DNA of 63,753 bases, counting the filler, from Reclinomonas americana ATCC 50394 (taxonomy: Eukaryota): assembly GCA_048213135.1 (NCBI GenBank). It is 5 parts of one record of this genome, joined end to end, with 100 filler letters (N's around TTAATTAATTAA, not from the genome) between each part and the next. Parts side by side here need not be neighbours in the genome. Positions count along the whole stretch, not along the records: positions 1 to 10,397 come from PS015230.1; positions 10,498 to 24,409 come from PS015230.1; 3 more parts are not named here. One strand, written 5' to 3'. How positions within the stretch are numbered: position 1 is the first letter of the stretch; each line of letters starts with the position of its first letter. The notes below the pieces were generated by a model, which saw only the letters and a list, made by a program, of their open reading frames with translations, was not told the origin of the DNA and made no database searches. Position numbers and translations under genes: made by a program. Shown here piece by piece: positions 1 to 12,051 of this stretch.

Positions 1-397
1 TGGTGGCAGAGGCGACTTTTGCGCGGATGGAGGAGTAGACTTGTGTGGCGTGGCGTTGTTGTTGGAGCCACTCGGTGCGTGCATGCTGGTCGTGCTCGTT
101 GTCGGAGAGCAGAGAGGCAGAAGAGGAGGAGGAGAAGTACTCGTCGAGGTGAACGCGACGAGCGGCTGTGATGGGGAGAGTGTGTGTGTGAGGGGGAGGG
201 TGCACACACAAGCACACACGCACACACACAGCCTTGTTGCTTTCCTGTCTGTCTCTCTTCACTCCGAATCTTCTCTCTTCCCTCTCTCTTTCTTCTCTCT
301 CTTCTCTCACTGTGTGTCTGTCTTGTTGCTCACCAAGTGCCACTGCGGCCAGTCCGAGAAGGACGAGCAGGAGGAGAAGCGTTTGGCGCGCGATCAT
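1..397 (-). CDS. 5' part of a secreted/signal-peptide protein (runs off window start)
   Basis: ATG at 397 gives MIARQTLLLLLVLLGLAAVAL (signal-peptide-like). GTGAGC...CAG intron at 333-166, then an open exon 165-1 (ARRVHLDEYF...). Confidence 0.6.
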   Translation of the reverse strand, partial: MIARQTLLLLLVLLGLAAVALGEQQDRHTVREEREEREREERRFGVKRDRQESNKAVCVRVCLCVHPPPHTHTLPITAARRVHLDEYFSSSSSASLLSDNEHDQHARTEWLQQQRHATQVYSSIRAKVASAT

Positions 398-1195
398 CTT
401 TCCGAGCGCACAATCATGTCCGCTGCGACCGGGGCAATCGCGAGTGAAAAGGAATCGCACGACGTCGTTTGATATTGCGTGTTGGCGTGCGTGGTGTAGA
501 GACGGAAGATGAGATTCCTTTTTGTTTTGTTTCTCTGCTGAAGTGACACGGTGCAACGTCAGATGATCGAAGTTATCGATATCAATTGCAATATATATCG
601 TCGGCTTTGTCTCTTCACAAACCAATCGTGCTTATGGACTTCGTGGCCTGGTATGTGAGCGCGCCAGGGTTCACAAGTCTCCTACCTTGGGGGGACACGC
701 AGGGCACTCGCTTGAGTGTTCGAAGGTGATTGATAAAAATTACATTGAGCCGTTGCAAAACTTGTCACATTCCCTGTGTGTGTCGCCACCCAACGCTGCC
801 GCTGGTGGTCCCTGCGCGCACTCAGCGCATCTCTTCCAATCAACCACCGCACCAATCAATCGTTGAGGGAGGAGGGGGAAAAGCCATTGGCCGGTTTGAC
901 CCAATACCCAATTTTGGTGAGCATGATTTGGCCGTTTGCTGCCGGCACCTATCTTTTCAGAGCAGAACGATTGTTTGGTTTGGTGGAGAACTAGTGTGCG
1001 TGGCGGCAGAGTACAGTGTGTGCACACACACGGCACTCGCACAGCATTGCGCGACCTGGTGGACAGCTTAAACACGATAAGGACACACCAGCTGTTGCGT
1101 CCGGATTGGTCGGCATTCTACCCTCCACAAACACACACTCACACCGCACTCTCCTGGCGTGCAGCAGCAGCAGCATCTCTTCTCCTCCGCTGATC

Positions 1196-4132
1196 ATGTC
1201 GGTGGTTGAAGAGCGATGGCCACGAGCCCGCTCCTTGCGGAGGCGACACCAGTCTGATGTGGTGAGAGAGTACACACAACCGGCTCAGCACATTGCTCTC
1301 TCTCTCTCTCTCTCCCCTCCCGCTCCCCTCACACACACATACCTGCTCGCCCAGACAACTCCCTTTGTGTACAACAACGACGACAGCGACGATGACAACC
1401 CGGAGCCTGACGACGGCGATGGCGACATGCACAACGGCCACGCGCACGATCGAAACGAAAAGCGCCTGGTCCAGGCCGCAGCCGACTTGCTCGATATTGA
1501 CCCCGCAGGTGCGTGTTACACTTGTTTTCACCCCGCTCGCACACACAAGAGTGCACTATACAGTGTAAGTGACCGCCCTTTACATGTGCAGATCTGTTGA
1601 ACGGCAGCGGAAGGCGCAGCAGCCGTGTTCGAGTATCGTCGCTGGCACTGGCGCGAGATGCCATGCGCTCGCAAAGCGTGTCGCCCACTCCCATTGCCAG
1701 TCGCGCCGAGAGCGTCACCCGCAAGGCCAGCAGCACCGTGCTGCCCGACTTGCTGTCGTCGTCGGCGCGCTCCACGCCCGTCAGCACGAAATCGACGCTC
1801 GTGGCACCGGCTCGCAATCGGACGAGCGTGGCGGCGGGGCACTTGACCTTGCGACGCCGCAGCTCCAGCCGCGATGTGGACCTGATGTCGATTCTCACCG
1901 GTTCCTCCAAGTCGGCGCGCGCCTCCATACCACACATGAGTCTCGACAGCCTGCCATTCACCGGCGATTCGTGCGAGGGAAGCGATGTGCTTGCAGCAGC
2001 TGCGGTGGTGGCGCCGGCTCGTCGTCCGCTGCGATCCTCGGCCGACCTGCCACCGACAGCGCCCATCGCGACCTCGGCCACGGCCACGGCTGGCGGCGCC
2101 ACCGGTGGTTCGAGCTCGGCGCAGAGCACGGCACGCGAGATTGCTGATACGATTGGTGAGTTGTCTGGTGACAAGGCACCGCTGCGTTCTCGACTCACCA
2201 GTGCGCGCGTGTGTGTGTAGAGCGAGTGACGGCCACCATGGGCATTCTGGAGGAGTTCAGCCTCGGAGTCCACTCGCCGCAGTCGTATCTGCCGGCACTG
2301 CAGGCCACTGCAGATCCCCAACAGCAACCACAACAACAACAACAGGGCGGAGTAGGACCAGCGGCACGACGCCGCAGCTCCATTGTCGGCTTGGCCGCGC
2401 AGACGCGCACGACGGAGAGCACCGCGGTGGTGGCGCAGGCTGTGAGCAGCAGCCTGCCAAAAGCGGACGACACCGCAGATGCAGGCGGTCGCCTTGCCGC
2501 CCTTGCCGCACCGACGACAGAAGTCCCCGCCCGTCGCTCGCTTCGGCGGCCATCCACAGCGGAGCGCATTCAAGAGCGCATGAGGATTCTCCAGCAAGAC
2601 AAGTTTGCGGCAGCGGCTCTGGATCAGCGTGTTGGTGAGCATCATGAGACGACCACTGCGTGGCAACAGGAAGTCTCACTCTTCCTCACCTCGATGCCCA
2701 CAGCTGGCATTTTGCAAGAGAAACGGGAGGAACGTCGGCAGTCGCTGGCGTCGGCACGCGATCAAGAGGTTTCCGTGCAACAGCGAGTGGCCGCGTCGTT
2801 AAAGGAGGCGCACCCGCAGCGTCGCCTGCAGCGCATCGACGAGCAGGGCAGTCGATTGCGCCAGAGCATCACGCAGCACATGGAGCAGCGCGAGATTCGC
2901 TTTGCCCAAAAGATGGAACACGTGCGGGAGGAGGCGCAGGTGGCCGAGCAGCGGCGGCAGCAGGCCGAGGTGACTGTGGAGCAGCGGCGGCAGTCGGTTT
3001 CGCTCCGACCGCACATTCGAACGTGGCTGGTGGCGGTGGCGACCGCGTCTCGCCTCGAGCTGCTGCGATGCGGAATGCAAGAGGTGTTGCACGAGCACAA
3101 GACGGAGGCGGCCATACGGCGCGGCGTCTCGCGACTGCACGCCACGCTGTGGCCGCTGATGAAGGCATCGGCGCTGTTTGCAGGCGCAGCTGCAGGCAAG
3201 CCGGCGGCAGTGATGCCGGCAGGCACCGCCGTCGAGGCACAGAAGCGAGCGGCGGGCCAGTTGTTGTGCGCCGTCATGCGACAGCTGACACACCGGTCGC
3301 GCTTCGCCATTGCCATGCGCTGGTACCGCGAGCTGGTGACGCGCGCACAGCGCCTAGCCCGCCGCTTCATCGGTAGCGTACGCGCACAGGTGGACGGCAA
3401 TAGCAGATACGTGCGCACGCTGCTCATGGCGCTGTTCAAATCGTCACGGCACTACCTCGCCCGCCCGTCGGCCAGCACCAAGAGACCCACACGACGCCGG
3501 CCGGGAATCGACGACGATGAGCCGGCGGACCTCGACCTGCTGTCGGTCTCCGCGGCCGCTGGCAACGAGCAGTGGGTCGCCGAGTGCCAGGCAACATCGC
3601 TCGCCATTCTTCTCCGACGGCTGCAGTGGACCGAGCAGATGCTGGCCGTGTTCCGCTCCAAGCTGGTCTCTGCCGATCCCCCAGTGCACAAGTACAATCC
3701 GTGAGTTCCACGCTGTGTTGCTCCTCCGCGCATCATGACGCTCACACATCGCTGCGCAGGGCCGACGTGGAATGCGCCATTCGGAAGAAACTGCGCTCGA
3801 TTCGACGAGAACATGTGGCTCGCCTGCAGCAATGGTGTGTGCAGCGCAAGGCTCTGGCCGACGTCGAGACGCAACGCTTTACCGCCGATCGACAGCGCAA
3901 ACGAGCAATGGCGGCCTTTGCGGGTGGCGGGCGGACGTCGACGTCAGCAGCAGCAGCAGCAGCAGCGGGTGAGCACGTTGCAGTGGCCATTAGTGCGCAG
4001 CGACAACTGCAGGCGCACTTGGAGAGCACCCTGCGGAGAGTGGCGGCACCGCGACCGCGGCTGCGTGTGCGCTTCTCGATGGATGACTTGGCCGACATTC
4101 TCAATCATCTGGCCAACGAGGACAACTATTAG
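1196..4132 (+). CDS. Multi-exon coiled-coil protein with IQ-like motifs, unknown function
   Basis: GT-AG splicing joins ORFs 1016-1600, 1597-2220, 2211-3704 and 3572-4132 in frame. IQ-like AQRLARRF. Similar to the gene at 20563-23747. Confidence 0.7.
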
Positions 4133-4624
4133 AGAGAGCTCAGTGAATTCGTGTTTCTTGAGATCAGCAACACAGCATGCACCTCCTCCACCGTGTTCAT
4201 GAGTTCGAAGACAAATGCAATTGCAATTGCATGGTGAGGACGCGAAGTTTCAGTTGCGATCCAGGGTGACGGGTGCACCAGTCTCCACTCTCGAGGCTTC
4301 CCCTCCCTGCCGCGCACTTACACCAACTCAACTGCAAAGTCCTTTGCAAAACGAACTTCGAATTCCTTTGCAAAACTGCACGCCGACATGCGAGCTGCAG
4401 AAGTGGGTAGAGTTCACTGTGTGCATGTTTGCATCACGTGCAGTAGTACTATCGGTGTCACCACTTGTAACACGCACATGCACGCAGCGCCTGCATTTCT
4501 CCGCTCGTGTCCGTTTTTACGCGTGCCTTTTGCTTCATTTCGCGAGAGAAAACCACCACAGCATTCATCACCTTGTCTGTGCTCTCTCCCTCCCTCTCTC
4601 TTCACCGTCTTTTGTTACTCCAAT

Positions 4625-6957
4625 ATGTTCACGCAAACCACCATCGCCTGGCTGCTCGTGTGCTCCGGTGTGCTCATTGCCGCCTGCACCCTGCTCTGGC
4701 CTCGCCTCGGCCGCCCCAAGCGCAAGCGCCCTGCAGGCGTCCTCGTGCGCTTTGCACACGCCTCCCTCCGCTTCTTTGTCTCGTTCTACTCGCTGCTCTT
4801 TGTCTCGTCGCGTCGCTCAAGAAGACGCAGACGTCGTGGAGGTATGAGAAGTAGGGAGGCACGCGACACACACGCGCCCGCTGACTCATTGACTGACTGG
4901 TGCATTGCAGTCGCCGCCACTACTGCAGCACCAATCACCGCTGCTGCAGCTGCAGTGCCAACACCAACAACGGCAACAGCATCATCAGCAGCTGCTGCAT
5001 TGTGCGTCACGACTTGTCCGTTTGTCAATCGCGACTTGTCAACTCATTTGCATGTCATGCATGCACAGTGACGCGAGCAGCGGTCCGCTGGTGTCCTCGC
5101 TGCGCCGCCGCAACAGCGAGAGCAACAATGAGCGTCCTACGAAGACGGCCACGGCGCACGCGCGACTCCGCAATCGCCCGCGTCGCACCACGCTGCTGAC
5201 GTTTGCCGCCATGCCCACATCCGGCGCCAAAGCCACCAGTCCGCTCAAGTCAAGCCCAATCATGTCTTCATCGTCGTCGCCGATTAGTCCACGGTCCATG
5301 GACAGCGATGCAGACAACGATCTAAGTGCTGTCTTGTCGCCTGTCGTGGAGATTGCTGCAAGCACTCGACCTGCCGCTGTGCCCATGTTGCCGCTGGTCA
5401 NNNNNNNNNNNNNNNNNNNNNNNNNNNNNNNNNNNNNNNNNNNNNNNNNNNNNNNNNNNNNNNNNNNNNNNNNNNNNNNNNNNNNNNNNNNNNNNNNNNN
5501 NNNNNNNNNNNNNNNNNNNNNNNNNNNNNNNNNNNNNNNNNNNNNNNNNNNNNNNNNNNNNNNNNNNNNNNNNNNNNNNNNNNNNNNNNNNNNNNNNNNN
5601 NNNNNNNNNNNNNNNNNNNNNNNNNNNNNNNNNNNNNNNNNNNNNNNNNNNNNNNNNNNNNNNNNNNNNNNNNNNNNNNNNNNNNNNNNNNNNNNNNNNN
5701 NNNNNNNNNNNNNNNNNNNNNNNNNNNNNNNNNNNNNNNNNNNNNNNNNNNNNNNNNNNNNNNNNNNNNNNNNNNNNNNNNNNNNNNNNNNNNNNNNNNN
5801 NNNNNNNNNNNNNNNNNNNNNNNNNNNNNNNNNNNNNNNNNNNNNNNNNNNNNNNNNNNNNNNNNNNNNNNNNNNNNNNNNNNNNNNNNNNNNNNNNNNN
5901 NNNNNNNNNNNNNNNNNNNNNNNNNNNNNNNNNNNNNNNNNNNNNNNNNNNNNNNNNNNNNNNNTGAAGCGTTCGTTCTCATGCCTCTTTTCGATTGCTC
6001 TGTTCACCACCACTCACCCTTGCCTTGCCTCCTCTCAGTTATTCTCGCCGTGTCCAACTACATGAACCAGCAAGGTTCCGCCTTCCGCCGCAACGCCTCC
6101 GGCCTCAAGCTCGAGTCGCTCAAGGAAGTGCGTCCCTTGTCTTGCTTTGAGTGCATCAACGCCTTCACCACACACTCATCTCTCCTTTGTGCACGCAGTT
6201 GAAGAGCGTCGAGGGCCTGGGAGGCGTCGACCTGCCCACCTTCCTCGTGCAGCACTTCCGTGAGGCAAGTGCCTTCCTCATCCCACGCACTCTCTCGCTC
6301 CATCCATCCACCGACTCACCCACCTCCCTTTCTACAGCACGACGTCTCGGTGCTGGAACTGCGCGCAGATCTGGCCCACGTGCCTCTGGCCTCCACCGTC
6401 AACATGTCGGCCTTGAATGCCGAGGTGGCGGCCATGACGGCTGGCATGAGCCTCGTGCGCCACACGCTGCGCACGGTGGCCACCGCATCACCGCACAACA
6501 ACGATGCTTTCGAACTGCGCACGCCGCGTACCAAGCACAATGACGAGTGTCGCCTGGGCGAACGTATGCGCGAGTTCCTCGACTTTGCCGAGCCCGTCTT
6601 CCACACCGTGCAGACCACCGTCGTCCGCGCCATGGACGACGTGGCGGCACTGGCTCTCTACTTTGGCGAATTCAAGACGCTGCAGCAGGCGCGCGATAAG
6701 TTCGAATCGGAGCGCTTCTTCCGCAGCATGTCTGAGTTCCTCGGCGTCCTGGATGTTGCGTGTGTGGCTCACCCTCCCTGCAATCGTCGACACCAGTTTC
6801 TCACTCAAACAAACACACGCAGAATGCCATGATTACCAACACGAAAAAATCCTCAACTAGCGAGTGCACCACGCCTCGCGGACCAGTAGTGCGCTGCGGA
6901 GTGGTTACTCCGCGCGCGTCGGTGTGTCGCTCCCTGGAGAGCGATTTCTCTTGCTGA
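4625..6957 (+). CDS. Divergent formin (C-terminal FH2 region), probably with an N-terminal hydrophobic anchor; interrupted by an N-gap
   Basis: FH2-like ILAVSNYMN...NASGLKLESLKEL, LALYFGE and ERFFRSMSEFL in exons 6039-6957. Exons 4625-5400 encode a hydrophobic N-terminus plus an S/P-rich region. Linkage across gap 5401-5964 is inferred. Confidence 0.65.
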
Positions 6958-7180
6958 TCACCAACATGCAAACCACAACACGCATTCTTTCGTCTGATCT
7001 GTCCCTCCTATCTCTCTCTCCTCCCCACTCCTCAAACTGTCGGTGATCATGCGAACAACAGTGCACATAACTCCACAAAGTAGTCATCACTTGCGTCTGT
7101 CTCATTATGCTTTCTCTCTGTGAGCCTATGAATCTATGATAATATGTTTTCCGCGTGTACGTACATTCCCACTGCTTGTA

Positions 7181-10100
7181 TCAACGGAGTGCGCCGAGAC
7201 GGAACTCGAGGAACGCGTCCTCGCCCTCTCGCGGCCGTGCAAACGAGTCCTTGATCTGATGCAGCTCCGAGTGCCCGTCGGAGAAACCGAGCACGAGGTA
7301 GCCAGTGTGGCCGGCGGGATCACTGAACGCCACATGCGTGGCATCCTGCCCAATGTCGCACGATTCGACAGGTCGCTGCGCGGCAACAGCGTTCAGAGAC
7401 GGGAAGTATTCCACAATTACTTGCGCAATCACACTGACCTCCAGTTGCTCGACCAGGTCAAACACAGAGAAGCGACCGCCGTAGTGCAGCGTAAAGAGCA
7501 CGCCGGGGCGCGACGTCGACCACCGCAGCTTGGTGACGGCCGCCCGTCCAACATCGTCCCACACGTACAGTGGTTCGCTGAGATGGTAGTCGTACAGACT
7601 GCATGCAAGCAGATCTGATATCAGCGCCTGCGTCTCTTCTGGAAAGACACTGGAGCACGTACCCAATGGAGCCGTCGGAGAAGCCAGCCGCAAAGTAGCG
7701 GGGCGCAAACTGATTAAAGGCCACAGAAGTCACACTGACGCCCATGTTCATGGCGGCCGCCAGTGGCTCCGCCGGAACACGAGACCACCCGTCGACATCG
7801 TCGATTCCTTGAGCTGTGACACCAATTTGAGTTCACGGGGTCTCCAACCCACACAAACTCCACTCTATCACAGCCTCACCCTTGCGAGACGCCTTGGTGT
7901 CGGTGGCATGCTGGCCACCGGCAGCGTCGCTGGCGAGCGCGACTGGCGTGACAAACACGTGCGTGTCGAGATCGTGGCCCTTGCGGCAAATGTAGCGACC
8001 AACCACTGCCGAGCGCATCACCTCGCACGCCAGCTGTGCAGCTTCGGCTGTCGAGAACTCGAACTCGATCATCTGCGGTGTGGGGATTCTTCAGTCACAT
8101 ACAGCACTCGACGATTCCAAATCACATCCAGCAGCACGCAACTGGAGGCCGGTCTCGGCGCGCCACTGGCACAATGTGTCGTGCAGCCACCGCACCCACC
8201 AACTCTTCCACCTCCGGAACGGCCTTTTGCAGCGCTTGTGCAATCTCCTCGCCGTCGCGGATCATGGAGGATTGACTGCATAGTGGTGAGAAGAAGGAGG
8301 AGAGATGACGAGTCTTATCCTTTGTCTCCAAACGCACCTTGGCACCATGGCACTGGCGAGCAGCGAACGAGCAAAGTAGTACGTCGGCGGCTTTGTGGAT
8401 GCGCTAAAGCGATTCGTTCCGAGCACCATGCCCAAATCTGTGCCGACAATCAACCTGTCGCCAACGTAGCAGGGTGAGCGAGCGCACGACCGGCCAACAC
8501 ACCATGACGGCCGGCACGCAACGACGATGGGTTGTCGGGCTTCGGATCCAGATCAAACGACGAAATGCCACCGGCGGCGAACAGCGGATCAACCTTCTCG
8601 CTCAGTGCGTCGGGCGAGTCGAGCAGATTGAAAGGCGTCGACACGGTGGTGCTGTTGCTGCGCACGAGTTTCACGCGGCCACCCACATTCAGGCCATAGT
8701 CGGTCAGCGATCCACCCCTGTCAATCACGGGTGAGCGAGCATTCAACAGCATTCAACAGCTCGTTTACGGCGACGCAACGTCTCCGGCGCCTTCATTTCC
8801 GCAATCGTCCAGAAAATGATCGTGCCGTTTGCGTCGAGAGACGCCAGTTGGAATGATGGCGAGGCCTTTTTCGCTGCGCAGTGCGCACAGAGAGACCCAC
8901 GCGTGTCAGTCGAAACCACACAGACCACAGCCAGCAAAAATGGGGGAAAAACAAGACCTGATTGCACGGAGCGCACAGAAAAGCCCATGGGCACAATGCG
9001 GACCTGTGCGGAAGCGGTGAGACAACAGCACGGACGAGAAGCGAGGAGCTCTAACGACGCAACGACGGGCGACATGTGATTCTCGTCGGCGAGCCAGTCG
9101 GTGCTGTAGGTGGGGAACTGGATCAACACGGAACCAGCGGCACCAGCAGCTGTTGTATTGCGCGCGAGTGATCAGTCGATGCAACAAGTAAGACAGTGAT
9201 GTCGCACGTGACGCACAAGCCGGTTTCAGTTGATCTTTCGACTCGCGAGTGTCCCACAATTGCAGACTGCCGTCTTCGGTGCCGGCCAACAGCAGATACG
9301 GTTTTTGCGGAATCACTGCCAAGCACGAGAGCGCACCCTCGGCCACACAGATCCTCTCCGGCTCCAGCGGCGCATTCATGTTCCACATCATACACAGGCC
9401 CTTTTCCAGCGGCGCACTTGCCGGCGTCGCTCCTGGCACCGCTGCATACGCCACCGCCACCGTGTTGCTCTGCCCCGGAATGTGCGCCACATCTATGCAC
9501 GCACGCTTTGAATATGATGTCTCTGCAATCTTCAGGAGAACGGGAAAACGCACCGATAACCTGCCGATCCAGTGTCAACGGACCGCGGAAGCTGGCCTGA
9601 CACGAGGCAAATGTGCATGCCACTCCACGAGCGCCTGCGAATGCTTTGAGCACAACTCCATCACGCGTCTCCCTCTCTTCCCACACTTGAACCAACCATG
9701 TGCCTTGCGCGCTCCGGCCGAGCGCGATTCCAGGAGACGCACACAGAGAGCGCCTGATCGCCGCAAGAATCGCTGCAGCTGTGTGACATCAACATGCACA
9801 TCGGCCGGCGTCGACGAGGCGGTGGCAGATGCGGCTGCGGCGTCGGCCTCACTCTTCCGTATGGCATTGGCCGCCGACCACGCGAGACCCATGTCCTCCG
9901 GGACCTGGCACGAACCGTCGTCCATCTCCGGCAACTCTGTTTGCGTCTCCGTTTCGTCGCTGTGCAAGCACCGCGATGAGTTCACACTCGTGGGAACAGG
10001 GGGGACAAGTAACGCGCGCACGCAACAATTCATCTGGGGGTGGCGCCTGCACGCCTCGCTCTGTGACCAGCTCGGCACCAAAGCTACGCATGTACAGCTC

Positions 10101-10370
10101 ATGCAGAGTCGACGGCTCATTCTCAAACAGCAGGAAGGAGGCGACCTCCAGCCGCACACTGCCGGCCAGTTGCTGCGCCACGTGGTGAAGGAGGTCAGCG
10201 GTGCAAGTAAGAATGCAGAAAGAGATCATAGCGCTACGCACCACCACACGGCGAGCGAGCTGCTGCGACACGCCGTTGCGCTGCCGCCTGTCGAGAGCCG
10301 CCTGCGGTCTCACAATCTTCGTGCGCACGTGACTCGCCTGAATCTCCACCGAGTCCGACGGACCTGCCAC
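7181..10370 (-). CDS. DYNC2I1: Dynein-2 intermediate chain WDR60/FAP163-like WD40 protein (5' end lost at spacer)
   Basis: ELYMRSFG, ETQTE, LLAGTEDGSLQLWD, FPTYSTD, FQLASLD and DYGLNVGGRVKLV resemble WDR60 motifs as I recall them; multi-exon WD40 repeats. Confidence 0.8.
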
Positions 10371-10441
10371 ATATGCACTGCTTGTAAGCGATGCGTANNN
10401 NNNNNNNNNNNNNNNNNNNNNNNNNNNNNNNNNNNNNNNNN

Positions 10442-10453
10442 TTAATTAATTAA
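10442..10453. other. Artificial six-frame-stop spacer TTAATTAATTAA within N-runs (also 24454-24465, 42064-42075, 49199-49210)
   Basis: Identical palindromic 12-mer centred in N-runs of about 100 nt four times, typical of contig-joining linkers. Confidence 0.95.
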
Positions 10454-10508
10454 NNNNNNNNNNNNNNNNNNNNNNNNNNNNNNNNNNNNNNNNNNNNCTC
10501 AGTGTCTG

Positions 10509-10880
10509 TCAATCGAGCAGTTCATCAAGCATGCGCTGCAACTCGTCACGCGAGCGGCCACGCACGCGCTCCGCCATGCCTGTATCCTCAATCCGCTGCG
10601 CATATCGTTGCACGTCCTCTGCCGCCTCCAACGCCAACTCGACGCACAATCGCAGCGCGCGATGCTCGCTCTCGCTCAGCTCGTCAACGTCGGCGATGAG
10701 GGCGGGTGGGCCGCGCCCGAGCGACACCTGCGCAGAAAGGCGGAGGTCGTCATTGTCGTTGTCATGATCAGGCACGAACTCGAGCTCCTCGCCGGGGTCG
10801 AAACGTGCAGCCTCGCGTGGTGGCCCGTGGCACACAGGCTCGGGCGAGTCACTGAGCTGCACCGTGTGCTCACTGTACAT
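10509..10880 (-). CDS. Small single-exon protein, tandem family copy 1
   Basis: 123-aa ORF ending HRALRLCVELALE...YAQRIEDTGMAERVRGRSRDEL, shared with two neighbours. Confidence 0.75.
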   Translation of the reverse strand: MYSEHTVQLSDSPEPVCHGPPREAARFDPGEELEFVPDHDNDNDDLRLSAQVSLGRGPPALIADVDELSESEHRALRLCVELALEAAEDVQRYAQRIEDTGMAERVRGRSRDELQRMLDELLD

Positions 10881-10926
10881 GTTACGTGCGCTGCGCGACT
10901 GATCAGACTGTGAACTGCACGCGCGT

Positions 10927-11430
10927 TCACTTCTCCTTCTCGCGCTCTGCGGCCACCAGCTCGCGTAGCATGGCTAACAGGGTGTCGCGCGACTTGCCGC
11001 GCACTCGCTCCGCCATGCCCGTCTCCTCGACCTTTTGCGCGTAATAGCGGCGGCGTTGTGCGTCGTTGGCCGACTCCATCTCCGTGGCGAACTCGACGGC
11101 GAGACGCAGCGCGCGGCGATCGCTCTCGCTGCGCACGTCGTCGGGGATGAGCGAGGGCGTGTCGGAGTCGAGGCCCAGGTGCGCGGCCATGGTTGTCTCC
11201 TCGCGGTGGTGCGGCGCGGGGACGGGCACCACGAGCACTTCATCGTGGAACATGGAGGGCGGTCCGTAGCACGCGATTGGCTCCGCTTGTGGGACGGGAC
11301 GCGCGGGAGTCTGCTCTGCTTGACCGCCACCACGCGGTACAACCTCGTTGCGGCGGAACATCGACGGAGGGCCGTACATACTTGGCGTGGAGAGAGAAGG
11401 ATAGATTGAAATGGCGGACGGAGAGGACAT
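10927..11430 (-). CDS. Small single-exon protein, tandem family copy 2
   Basis: 167-aa ORF with two YGPPSMF motifs and C-terminal RRALRLAVEFATEM...YAQKVEETGMAERVRGKS. Confidence 0.8.
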   Translation of the reverse strand: MSSPSAISIYPSLSTPSMYGPPSMFRRNEVVPRGGGQAEQTPARPVPQAEPIACYGPPSMFHDEVLVVPVPAPHHREETTMAAHLGLDSDTPSLIPDDVRSESDRRALRLAVEFATEMESANDAQRRRYYAQKVEETGMAERVRGKSRDTLLAMLRELVAAEREKEK

Positions 11431-11546
11431 GGATCGGCAGCAGACGTTGTGAGCTGCGCAGACTGGTCGCTATCCCTCGCTGCATGCTGCACGCAGGCAG
11501 CTGATCGCAGCGGGTACAGCTATTTACATCGCGTTGTGTATTATTA

Positions 11547-11825
11547 TTAATAGGATTTCTCAATGCAATCGCTCTCCTCGTGTTGCACTGCATCGTGCGC
11601 GTCCAGAGCAGCCACACGCATGCTCTCACGCACGATGTGTGCATCATTGCGCTCTGCCCTCGCCCTCACGGCGCTGGAGTAGTAGTATTCACTCGACTCG
11701 TACTCGTCATAGAACCTCCGTTGTAGACCGCCATCTCGTCGTCGAACATTGAGGCCTTGAGCTGGCCGCCTGCCGTACCTCGCCGCATAGTACGCCTCCG
11801 ATGACACATTCGACTCGGGCTCCAT
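11547..11825 (-). CDS. Possible small Tyr-rich hypothetical protein
   Basis: ATG-started ORF of about 92 aa (MEPESNVSSEAYYAARYGRRP...YDEYESSEYYYSS) between family copies; no recognisable homology. Confidence 0.3.
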   Translation of the reverse strand: MEPESNVSSEAYYAARYGRRPAQGLNVRRRDGGLQRRFYDEYESSEYYYSSAVRARAERNDAHIVRESMRVAALDAHDAVQHEESDCIEKSY

Positions 11826-12051
11826 GTCTCCTTGGCCTTGTCTTCGCTCAAGAACGATAAAACGATCGACAAACACGCTCGCTGTTGTCCGGCGCGTGTG
11901 TCGTTCGCCGCGCCGCATGGCGACACTGTCGGCGACTGAGCTCACTCAGGTCAACCAGCTGCAGCCGCTGCGGTGGTGGTGGCTGCAGCCGATCGCCCGC
12001 TGTTCTGTTCAACTCACCACATGTATTAATAGTTTCTCACATGCCTGATCG

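Noticed and set aside
10398-10497. TTAATTAATTAA palindromes in N-runs (four sites) as a regulatory or recombination motif
   Set aside because: Identical all-frame-stop linker flanked by Ns is an assembly spacer, not biology.
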